A program made the translations under genes and the position numbers. A DNA stretch of 61,650 nucleotides, the filler included, from Nemertoderma westbladi (lineage: Eukaryota; Animalia; Xenacoelomorpha), in assembly GCA_032718475.1 (NCBI GenBank). It is 2 parts of 2 records of this genome, joined end to end, with 100 filler letters (N's around TTAATTAATTAA, not from the genome) between each part and the next. Parts side by side here need not be neighbours in the genome. Positions count along the whole stretch, not along the records: positions 29,818 to 61,650 come from JAUCBJ010008873.1; 1 more part is not named here. One strand, written 5' to 3'. Shown here in pieces: positions 50,211 to 61,650 of the stretch. Position 1 is the first letter of the stretch. Every line of letters begins with the position of its first letter. The notes below the pieces were generated by a model. It was not told the origin of the DNA. It saw nothing but the letters and a program-made list of their open reading frames with translations, and made no database searches.

Positions 50211-50610
50211 ACTACTACTAGGATCAGCATGCTGCATTGCAGCTGCATTTTTAAGAATGCTGTGCCGGCTTGTCGACAAAATTGCGCAGCCACAACTCCC
50301 TATCACCCATGACATTTGCTAGATCATCCGCATCTTCAAGGCCAGTGTCCTTTAAGATGCGTCTCGAAAAGTCATGGGCTGTCCACCAGCTTATTCACTC
50401 CATGAGGCCGCCAAAGTACAAGATTATGCACTGGCTGGTCCTCACGGCGAAAGCAATGTCCTGCAAAACGGAGGCGATTTTCTTCTAGTGTCAAGCTTGG
50501 GGGAACCAATGAGACACCTCCATTGTTATATAGTGTCTGGTTGGAGATGTGTGCATTGTACTTTACACAATGAACCCGGCGTAGCATTCTTGTGAATGTG
50601 CCATCCAGAG
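50211..50610 (-). mobile_element. RTE-like LINE 3' fragment
   Basis: HISNQTLY...EENRLRFAGHCFRREDQPVHNLVLWRP, ending GATCCTAGTAGTAG. Confidence 0.8.
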
Positions 50611-53099
50611 ATTTGGTGTCCTCAGCAGTTAAAGCCCATATATCTTATATATATAAGGTATATGCTAACAGTAGCATATAGGACTGTAATACCAATTAAT
50701 AGTTTAGTACATGGGCCCCTCACTCCCTGAGAAGTCGCATTTAGTTTTAACAGTTTTTGTATATGGTAACTTACTAACATACTGACTTGTGCTATTACTG
50801 GTAATTGTCTATTACCTATGATATATTTTATTATACATGGAAGCAGAAACATAAAGCTAGTTTTCCCCAACGTTCAGATCAGAGACATTCGTCCATACAG
50901 AACCAGTTCAAACAGACTTCTACCCTAAAAACTCTATCACCAGCTCGGTAACTGGCCGCCCATTTACTCTAAGACCCAACCGGCTACTGTGACATTTATT
51001 TATTTTTTAAGCCGCACTGGGGAGGCACATAACTACTGTACTAAAAACAACAAAAAACCTCGATAGAGCACAATATTACTAACAAAAAAGGATAACTGAA
51101 ATTATAATAAGTTGAAAAAACATAAAAAAAAAAGTAAAAAAAATTACAACAATCCCTGTAAATCTGCAGATAGTGTAAACAGTTTGCACAAATTTGTTTA
51201 CACTAAGCTTAATTCTATCGTGGAGACTTATATTATACTATTTATTATTATATAATATAATATAATATAGAAAATATAATATAATTAAATGTAATAATAT
51301 AATATATTATATATATTATTATATTATATTATTATATAAAATGTGCAATGTGTCAAGCGAGTATCTAATGATACATTAAAGTTCTATAGCAACACACCAT
51401 CATTCAAGACATCACCAGCCCCAATGGCTACAGTTAGCTAGAAAGTCACAAAGGGAGACAAAAGTACACATTTCAAAGTAATTGCTAGACAATCATTGAC
51501 CCATAATAATTGAAATGTATTACATTCAAACATGCATGCCCGCTATCAACAAGCAGAAACGTGATTGGCGTAACTGTGTGGTGCTGCTTCCCAGTGGTTA
51601 GTTACCGACAGACTTCTCATACTCGTTCTGTCTCCCTTTATGAATTGCTCTCTATATTTCCTGGCTTGGCCTCCTGAGCATGGCTTCCCTTGGCTGTCTT
51701 AAGCTGCAAGGCAAGACCTACCGATCAGTTGGCTACTGTCAGCTGATCATTGTTTGCATGCAATGTCTTGTTGCTTTTTAGTTTTTTACATACTTTGGTA
51801 CTAACACACCTACCGGTGAGGTTTTTTACTTAACGTGCTTTATAAATAAAAATATATAAGTTGTAATCATTGGTTACTCAATCTTATACTTCAAAATACC
51901 ACTGAGTCCATATAAACATAGAAACCGTGTTGCAGCAGCACATACAGGAATGCCAGAGTTGACTTCTACTGAGTAGAGCAAAACAATTTCCATCTCTGTT
52001 CAGAAAAATGTTACCAAGATGCTGAAGCCCATCTCTGATTAAGATGTTAATATAGGATGAATAAATGGGAATGAGACTCGCCTACAACATCGGGAGCAGA
52101 CAATTTAATACAATCAGATCAAGGAATTTATGATATATTTTTTTATTTTTATCATTAATATTCATAATAATGAAACCAGAAATATACTTTGCCACCTCAA
52201 CATAATGCAAACTAAGTTCAGCAGCCAGTATTAAAAAGTAAGCAACGTAATAAAATAATCTGTTCCAAATTTAAAGAATAAAGAAAGCGGCCATCACTCT
52301 TTTGTCTGTACTATGAAAACCATATTCCAATTGGGTTGAAACTAAGATTAAAACATAGTTTTAGCCACAATTGGAAAGAAGAGCATTATTCGCAAGTGAG
52401 CATATTGGTGATGCATTAAATCAATTGATGTTGATTGAAATTAAGATTGACATGAAATTGATAAATCAAATCAAGTATATTTTTCCATGGACATTAACCA
52501 CCAGCTAGCTGTAATTCACCTCGAAACTTTATAAAGATAAACTTTGGAAAATATACTGATGTAAATAAATAAAATGTTCCAGAATTTAGTGCATTATTTA
52601 TTAAATCAAAGAAATCAGTGGTGCAAAACATGCAACTTTAAAACTCCCATGCATATCAACCACACTACACATATTTACATACACATACATTTACATACAG
52701 ATATGGTTGACATAATTATCAACCATATTGAACAGGATTCACAAATATAAAACCTGGTTTAGGTGTATGTGAAACAGGGTTTCATTCATACAAAACCTGC
52801 TGTTTGTAAATATAAAACCTGGTTTAGATGTATGTGAAACGGGGTGTTTATTACATAAACTGAGAAGAACACAAAACATATATATATATATGGGGTTTTA
52901 TTACATAAACTGACAATTTGAGTATTTATGACTACATATCTTGATCTCTCAGGATTCCCCAATCATCCTGTTCCAGTATATATGTATGTATATATATATA
53001 TATCTCCTCCAGTCCATGGAGCGCTTGTTTCGGGCAAAGATATCAGTATAGAACTTATATAAAAAACAATGATATAAAACTAGGCTCGATCTATAGTTC

Positions 53100-54133
53100 A
53101 GCCAGAGCTCTCACAAACGTCTTTTTCGAAGACCCTATAGCAGTTATTTTCCTTATCATTGTTGTTGAAGGCTGAAATCATGGATTCAGCTACCCCGAAT
53201 GCCAAATAAATAAATCCACGAAATGGCAGATTTAGGTGGTGTGACATCTGGGCCAGTGATGCCTACATCACCCTTCCAGGCTACATAGTAGCTTTCTTGG
53301 ACACCTTAGTCAGCAAAATATCACCAATCTTGAATTTGGAATGTTAATCAGGGTGCTCACTCGGATCAGATAATATCTCAGTCGAAAAGGAATAAGATTG
53401 GTAGTAACACAGACAGTCATAATTTCATTTTATTTTTTCCCAAAGTTGAGGCATGGTTTTTTAGCGCTCTTATTACTGGAGATAGCAAGGATAGCAGCAT
53501 CATTAAGAGTAGGAACAGGAACGTTGGCAGATGCCTTTGTCTTAGCAATAGATTGGGTAAGTGTAGGACTAGATAACACTCTCAGATGCTTCCGAATCAT
53601 CAGCAGATAGATGAGTTGCTTTCTTTATCCTTCACAGTGTCTCCAAAACGACGTATATGACCCAGCTTATTATGGCGGCATTGGGAGAACTTAACATGGA
53701 ACATGGCTGTCATTTTTTGGAGCCTTGGATGTTTGAATTTAAATTCAGAGTAGTCATTACAAACATAATCCACAATAACCTTAACGTCACTGATAGAACG
53801 AGATTGGAAGTCATCCAGGAATGTCCTCACACATTTGTTAAACACTGAACTCCCAACTGGAACTATATAGTCATGTGAGGAGGGATTTTGAATATAATAC
53901 GGCTCATCTTTAAATTTAATGGAAATATTATCCATATGAACACTTTTCGCTTTGGGTTTAATGAAACTTTCAAGTTCTTGGTCAACAGGATTCTCACAGA
54001 CAGGATAAAGCTTCCAATTACTTTTAATAGTTACCCCACAGGATTTTTTAGCTACCTTGGTTGAACAAACAGGACATGCTTTAAATGAAACATGAAGAAG
54101 TTCCCCACAGTTCTGACAAGATGCTCCTTCCAT
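53100..54133 (-). pseudogene. Disrupted gene with N-terminal double zinc ribbon and downstream PWWP-like segment
   Basis: CQNC..CPVC..CG..YPVC in the 177-aa ORF; an out-of-frame FKIGDILLTKVSKKATM*PGRV at about 53265-53340. Confidence 0.4.
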
Positions 54134-55909
54134 TACTGTTATATGATATAAAGTTAATGTAAATCAATTTAGGTAGAATGACAGAATGTTAATTTTGCAT
54201 ATATAATGGAAAGACAAACTGAACAAACTAAAATACATAAAAATTTATACTGGTAATGTGACTATCTATCTATTGGTGTATGATGCATGTCTGCAGTGCT
54301 CTATGTAGCCATACCACCTAGTAGGATATGATATAATTATGTGTGTATTTCATATCTTTCACAACAATAACTACCATTGTAGTATATTGGGAAAGTTAGT
54401 TAAAGATATACTCCTTGATCAAAGCTTTTCCAATGAAATCTCAGTCCCAAAAACAGAAATGCCTCTTCTATCTCGAAATACTCATCCAATAATAACTGAT
54501 AATAATGATTCAACATACGAGCGACTCTGTTACAAATTTAGGTCATATCCTCAAGCTCTACCAACTCTAAGTCAAATATCTATAACCAATATATTAATTA
54601 ACTTTGTGTCAACTGCTTAGAATAAAATTAAAAGCAACCAGAAGATAACTAATTTTCCCAATGGTCGAGTTGAAGAGCTTCATCCTTACTCCAACTCTGG
54701 CATGAATGACTTTGGACATTGGTTCATTTGTGATGACCACACTACTCTACTACTAGATCTGGTCCCATTTCTTCACAAGTTCTTCTCCAACCCAGTAAAG
54801 ATTAAAGTCAAGGCTAGCCATGAAAGTGTCCTAGTCAATGCTGCTAAAGCCGAGCAGGGAGTGTAATGGGAAAAATTAAATACAATTAAGTAAAACAATT
54901 AACATAACAATAAAACAATTAATTAAACATTTCTAAATCTTTTGGAAACATAATTAATAGTTATTCCAGAACTTATTAAATATTACACAGAAAAACAGCA
55001 AACTGATGGTACGAACTAAAATACTGAACCAGCTGAAACCACCTGATACCAGATGAAACCACCTGAAACCAGCAGTAAACCACCTGAAACCAACAGTAAA
55101 CCACCTGAAACCAGCTGTGAAAAGCAATAATATTAGTTTCTAGGGGAACTCGGCTGGGAACCAGGGGTGTTACCTTAGATCCTAGACACGAACTTAGATC
55201 CTGGGCTCTATCTAGTTGTGAGACTTTGGATCTTAGACACGGCCTTAGATGCTTGGAGAGATATTACTGATTCGACCTTAGATCCTAGATGCGAAATTAG
55301 ATCCTTACGATTGTCTCATTTCCTTGCTTAGATCCGAACTTAGATCCTACAAGCGAACTTAGAACCCTGGGAATATAGATACGAACTTATATCTTGAGAC
55401 CTGAGATACTGCAATTCTTGGCAGTTCAGCAGTTTGGTTATATTACAACAATTACGGTAGGCCTAGTACAGCAGTATAGTTCAGCAGTAGTGGCATTAAC
55501 CAGTCTTAGCATCTGTCTGTACTGTCTATAGCATCTCTGGAATACAGGAATAGCATCTGTCTGTATGTTCTGTTCATACCCTGCATTCGTACGCATACTA
55601 TATCAGTACATTACATACAGATCAGTCTGCCAGTACCGCACACTGTCTGACTGTACATACTTTAGGATTCATACTGTAAAAATAATTAACCATATTACAG
55701 GGTAGGGTAGGCTTACAGTATTTAATTTTTTTTTTAATTTAAATTTTTAGTTTCTAAGTTCGTATGCTACAATCAAGGTCGCACCTGTAGATTGCACCCA
55801 GGATCTAAATTCGCATTTAGGCACTCATTCGCACTTAGATGTAGTATGGGGTCTAACACTTCTTCTAGTAACTCAGCCGCTAGGGACACCGTTGTTAGCT
55901 TGGATTTAA

Positions 55910-58132
55910 CCCTATCCATACCGGGGGGGGGGGGGGGGGGTGGGGGTCTTTTGGAGATGTACTTTATTTGATTGCTTGGTTCAAAGCCAAACCACATTTA
56001 TTGCAAGTAAAATTCCGTTACTTTTCCTAAAATTTATTATTATATATATTTCAATACACCCTGGGCAGGGTAAATAGGCGGTAAAATGAATTATTAAAAA
56101 AAAAAACACAGTAAAAGGTCGTTCACTTGTAAAATAAATATTAAGTTAGATAAAGTTAACTGGAAGATGACTATGAAGCAGCCAGTTGTGACAGTGGTGG
56201 GCACATCGCACAGACGAGCAGGTGGTAACGGTCATCGCAGGGCTCGCCGCAGTATTTACAGCAGCAGGTGGATGTGAGTTCGTGGAACGGTGTAGCGGTT
56301 GAGCAGACACGGAAGTGAAACGCGTGGGCGGTTGCCCTCGTAACAACATGTCGATTACGTTGTCCGGCGCGTTTCCAGATTTCGGATTGGAAACCTGGAC
56401 CACGCTGATAACCTTCATCGTGGAAGTTTAGGTTAGCTCACGTTCACAGTGGTAACTGCAGTAATTCGAAACCATATTGGTGTCGAATATATTGGGGCTG
56501 GAGGTGAGTATGGTCTCAATGAATGATTTTTCTTGAGTTAAATGTAGCACTAGAGTGGAAGAGAAGAGTGGAACTCTTATTTAGAGAGACCATTGGCCAT
56601 CCCATATTTGCGGCCACTATGGGCCGCAACCGGTTCGCATTTCTGTTATCAAAGATTTGTTTTGATGGTAGAGAAACGCTTGAGGAGCATTATCAAACTG
56701 ATCGCTTTGCTGCTATGCGGGATGTCTTCGAGATGTTTTTCAAGAACTGTGGGGAAGTAATGATCCCAGACGAGTATCTTTCTCTAGATGAATCTCTTAT
56801 ACCAACAAGATGTCGGATTTCGATAAAGCAATACAACCCCAAAAAACTTGCTAAATATGGCATATTATACAGGAGCATAAACGCAGTATCTTATCCCTTC
56901 ACATTTGTGACAGCAGCCTATGCAGGTAAGTTTAATTATTTTATTGTTATATAGTTTATATTTATATAGGCCAATAGGCCTATATAAATATAATTAAACT
57001 TATTGTTATATTTTATTGTTTTATAGTATTATTTTGAAGAGTTAGCTAGAGTGGCTTATACAGTAGTACCTAGCATTCAGTAGCACCAAAAAATAGTTTT
57101 CACCAAATTTGCTAAAAAGAGATCATATTTCTGGTACTGTATCATATCCGAACCAGAATTCTACTATATATATAATATATATATATATATATAATTGTAA
57201 TATTTATAATTTAGGTAAACCTCCAACTGGTCAAGGTCCATTCTACCAACCAACAGTCATGCAGACTGTTCAGCGGCTTGTCACTGATCTAGGTAGCTTT
57301 GTAAATCTACAGGGTCGTAATATTACCACAGATCGATATTATACATCGATATTGTTAGCAGAGTGGCTCCTAGTTCGGAAAATGACAAAAATACAGGTGA
57401 ACCGCATTGGAATTCCAAACGAGTTAAGAAAAACTAAGGGTCGGGAAGAGCTATCCTACAAAGTTTTATGGGAGAAGGACAATGGCATCATAATGATTCA
57501 CTCATGTTGTGAAAACGAAAAGCAAAGGGCTTAAAAATGTCCTTGTCTTATCAACTTGTCGCCCACTTGTTGCTGTTTCTCGAGATCAGAAGACACTGAA
57601 ACCAGCCGCCTATAAACTATACAATTATACAAAAGGCGACACTGACATCATCGATCAGCGTATGGGCTATTACTCAACGCGTACAAAGACTTGTCGATGA
57701 ACTTGATGCACATTATCTTACATCTTAGACACGGCACGTGTCAATTCACAAACTGTAGTTTCTTTCAATTTGGGTTCAGATCCTCGATCTCTAGACTCTT
57801 TCGAGTATGGTTGGAATCTCGCCAGGCAGCTAGTTCTTCCATTAATTGAACAGCAAAATACAATTGGACTTTCAAAGTCGACCATTGCTAAAATGGAGAT
57901 AATTCTCGGACACTTGTTAAAAGTCGGCAATTCGCTGTTAGTGGCCTGCAAACTACCACCATTAGGCGGCAAACGCAAGTGTGCCGTGTGCATAAAAGAG
58001 CTGACCCCTGGTGAAGGTCATAAGGGAAACAAGGACATGATTAACCAAGTGAAGTCGCAGTGCCAGAGTTGCGGGAGACCTAGCTGCTAAAAACACATTA
58101 TTCAAAAATGCACCATTTGTTCGGAAATATAA
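55910..58132 (+). mobile_element. Decayed piggyBac element (PGBD4-like transposase) with an intron
   Basis: TTAA+CCCT left end; LSLDESL, YNPKKLAKYGI, ITTDRYYTS, YNYTKGDTDIIDQ; C-terminal Cys-rich domain. Frameshifts and stops present; right TIR not found. Confidence 0.88.
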
Positions 58133-58405
58133 ATAATTATTGATGATTGAATTGATAATTTAAACGTAGTTAAAGTAAATAGAAAGTATAAAGTAAATAT
58201 ATATATAAAAGATATTATATTATATATGTATATATTATTATTATTATAAGTTTAAATTAAGTAAAGAAAGTTAGGGAATATGACTGTAGGGTGTGAGATC
58301 AAGTTGTTTTAGTATAATAATATTTTAAGAATTCAAAAAGTGACAACTTATATGATCAATCACTAAAAATTTATTTTTATATTATTAGCTTCCGATAGCT
58401 CTCGA

Positions 58406-59105
58406 AAACCCATTGGTTGTAAAGTTTCCAACCGGCACTGCCATTCTCCCTCTTTAATTCTGAGTTTTTGTCGGTTCAGTTTTTTGTTTGCTGAGATCGG
58501 TAGACAATCAAATGGTGTAATTCTGAAGTGTGCATTGTAAGAATGACCTGAGGTAGTAAAATGTCTGTCAATGGCAGTCGATGGTTTGTCATTAATTATC
58601 TTTGTCTTGTAGTTGGCTATCCGAGGCTTTAAGTCCTCTGTTGAACCGATACCAATACCGATACAGATACCGATACCGATTTGTATCGGTTCAACATAGG
58701 ACTTAAAGCCTAGGCTTTAGGTCCTCTGTTGAACCGATACAAATCGGTATCGGTATCGTTATCGGTATCAGTATCGGTATCGGTATCAGTATCGGTATCG
58801 GTATCGGTTCAACAGAGGACTTAAAGCCTCGGATAGCCAACTACAAGACAAAGATAATTAATGACAAACCATCGACTGCCATCGACAGACATTTTACTAC
58901 CTCAGGTCATTCTTACAATGTACACTTCAGAATTACACCATTTGATTGTCTACCGATCTCAGCAATCAAAAAACTGAACCGACAAAAACTCAGAATTAAA
59001 GAGGGAGAATGGCAGTGCCGGTTGGAAACTTTACAACCAATGGGTTTGAATGTTCTCAACGAGGCGGTGATCAATAACTTTGGACTTGATGTTTTCAATC
59101 CTTAA
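58406..59105 (+). mobile_element. Penelope-like element GIY-YIG fragment in an inverted (palindromic) arrangement
   Basis: From about 58803 reads IGSTEDLKPRIANYK...RHF...H...KEGEWQCRLETLQPMGLN...stop; 58406-58680 is its reverse complement. Confidence 0.82.
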
Positions 59106-59254
59106 GAATTATAAAGATTAAAGATTCACAGATTTAACAAACTCATTAGTTGCTAGGGTAGTATTATTAATTGTAGTGCAATAATTCTAGAATATCGTTT
59201 ATTATTATTATTATATATTTATGTGTATATATATGTATATATTATTATATATGT

Positions 59255-59423
59255 AAAATAGTGGATCATATAAAGTAAAATAGATGATCATATAAAGTAA
59301 AATAGTGGATCATATAGGGTAAAATAGTTGATCCTATAAAGTAAAATAGTGGATCATATAAAGTAAAATAGTGGATCATATAAAGTAAAATCGTGGGTCA
59401 TATAAAGTAAAATAGTGGATCAT
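59255..59423. repeat. 22-bp minisatellite, about 8 copies
   Basis: AAAATAGTGGATCATATAAAGT units. Confidence 0.92.
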
Positions 59424-60301
59424 CATGACCTACTATAATACGACCTGGTATGCTGCAGCAGCCCACTAAATTTAGTGGGCCTACTTGATTCTCTTTATAA
59501 ATAAATGGTTGTTTCTTAATTACTTCCTACAAGAAGCTTCTAATAACTTAGTTAAATAAAGAAATTAATTAAAGAGAAATCAGGAGTTCTCTACGCTGTC
59601 GCTTGTCTGTCCTTTATTATGTTTTATGCCTACAACTGTACTGTCACTCACTGTTAGTCAGTTAGTTCAGTAGTTACCGGTATCTGATAGCCTCGGTCCT
59701 GTAGTCTATTATGTATTACTGTATTATTTCTGTGTAGTGTTATTATTGCATAATTTGCAATAATATGCTGTATTCTGGTATTGGCCATACAGCAATAATA
59801 CTGTAATAGAGTTGCTGCACTCGGCCTGTCGACGCAGCCGGTGGCCGGCGTCGAAATATTTTTATTACCTACTGTATTAGGGTACCTATCTGCCTATTGT
59901 ATTATTACTGTATTATCGGTAGGCCTAATTATTAATACTTTTTTTACACCTGGCAGCCTGGCTGAGCATTTCACAGAGCCGGCGCAGGATTTTGTGCACC
60001 GGGCCACCCCCACCTGGCGTGGCTTCGCACTGATCCGGCGCAAGATTTTTTGCACCAGGCGCCGCGTTCGGCGCAGGAAATAAAACTTTTCAACAGGGCC
60101 CGTACCGCCGTACCTACCTGCCTAGCCTACTATATCTACAGACCAGTTTGGCATCAGTTGGACGACATATACACTCCGTCCACCGTCAGTCCGTCCGTTT
60201 TTGCCTCTTTGTTATAGGCTAGGCTTCTATTAGGCCTACCTGATTACACTACCAACTACCAGTAGGCTAAATTTATATTGCTGTATTTAACTAAATATAT
60301 A

Positions 60302-61503
60302 ATGGTTGGAAAGTGTTGCGTAGTTGGGTGTAGGTCGGGATATTCGTCAGAAGCTTCGCCAGGAACTGGAACTCCCTCAATGTTTAGTTTCCCGAAACAA
60401 CCCGATGTGCGGTGCCGGTGGATCCAGTTTATGTCGAATAGAGCCAGTACAACGACATCGTCTGCCACAGTGACATCGCCATGGGCCCCATCTGATCACT
60501 CCAAGGTGTGTATTTTACATTTTGAGGATCAATGGATCAACAGGAATGCCCAACGTTTAACGCTAAAATCCGGTGCGTTTCCTTCGATATACCCGGCCTG
60601 TATCCCTGTATCCTCTATAAAACAAGTAACTCTTGAAAACCCTTGAAACGAGTGTATCAGCGGGATGAGATGGAAGAGTTCAGTAAGAGAACTCGAGTTT
60701 TGTCTCTTACTGATATCCGGTTGTATTTAGAGGCGTCGATTGAGTTTGAGGAGTACGAGGTAAAAGTCAATGAGAATTCCGTGTCGATCTTTAGGTTGAT
60801 CTTTAGTTTAGGCATTCCTTCAGTACACGAATGTCTCACTATTGATGACGACCTTCATGTTCACCTTTCCTATGAGGGTGTCCCTCTTCCACTACCATCA
60901 TGGTTGCGAGCAACTCATAACTGTATAATAACATCAACAACTGTTATTTCCGAACTACTCAATTACTGCCGGACTAATAAGGATGAATCTGACTCAGTTA
61001 TTCGGAGTCTGTTGGCCTTAAAGTTGTCCAAACCTAAAGGTCGCCCAAAGTACACGGCTGAGCAGATCAGATTCGCATTGCTACTCCGGTACACCTCGGT
61101 TAATGCGTATAAGATACTCGCAACTCAAGTCCCTCTTCCTTCGCTGAGACTTCTCCGAAGTATTACATCTGGAAACGTAGACTCGATGGCTGCATTAACT
61201 GCTCTCAGAACCTCGGGAAAGATCTCTAACGATGTTGTGTTGATCGTGGATGAGATTATATTGCAACAGCAGGAAATGTATAGCGACGGACATTTATACG
61301 GGAAAGATTCTGATTCGGACAAACTTTACACTGGACTTATGTGTTATATGGTGTCGTCAATGAAACAGTCGATCCCAGTTATTATTCACGCTGTTCCGGT
61401 GGTTACTGCCAATAAAGAGGTTATTAAGACGGGGATTGAGACATGTAGAAAGTTAATATCACAAACTAAATTTAACTTGCTTCCTGTTATTGGTGATAGA
61501 TAA
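60302..61503 (+). pseudogene. THAP-domain P-element-type transposase (THAP9-like), frameshifted and truncated
   Basis: CCVVGC...FSFP...RW...VCILHF...AFPSI THAP signature; then YTSVNAYKIL..LPSLRLLR and VLIVDEI. Frameshift near 60640, stop at 61503. Confidence 0.85.
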
Positions 61504-61650
61504 TGCACACGGCAGTTAACAAGAACATTGTATTTAGAACTGTTGTTAATGTGTTTGGTAACAACAGGTGTATTGATGAGTCACAGTCAGTGCGAGAGGA
61601 TTCCGTTAAAATATTCAAAATACGCCAGCGAGAAAAAAAGTGAATGTTTA

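Overview
Repeat-rich animal (invertebrate-like) genomic DNA, not prokaryotic. Host genes are an intronless, GC-rich condensin I subunit CAP-D2/NCAPD2 (110-4375, -) and a tandem pair of spliced GILT/IFI30-like thiol reductase genes. One GILT has three complete exons; the other has exons 2-3 visible and exon 1 missing. The rest is nested mobile DNA: solo LTRs, a BEL/Pao remnant, several LINE fragments, tRNA-derived SINEs, a 4.5-kb foldback element, MITEs with hAT-, PIF-, Mutator- and Tc1-type signatures, and decayed hAT, Academ-like, piggyBac and THAP/P-element transposases. There is also a palindromic Penelope GIY-YIG fragment, a 5-kb 37/41-bp satellite, a 678-bp tandem array and an artificial 100-bp scaffold linker at 29718-29817. 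The most notable signal is a set of hammerhead-ribozyme (HHR) motifs. Two unrelated cassettes each fuse a tRNA-like Pol III promoter to a minimal type I HHR inside imperfect inverted repeats (38440-38598 +, 40778-40936 -), and a degenerate HHR-like motif sits in every 678-bp unit. All calls come from reading the sequence by eye; no database search or folding program was run.
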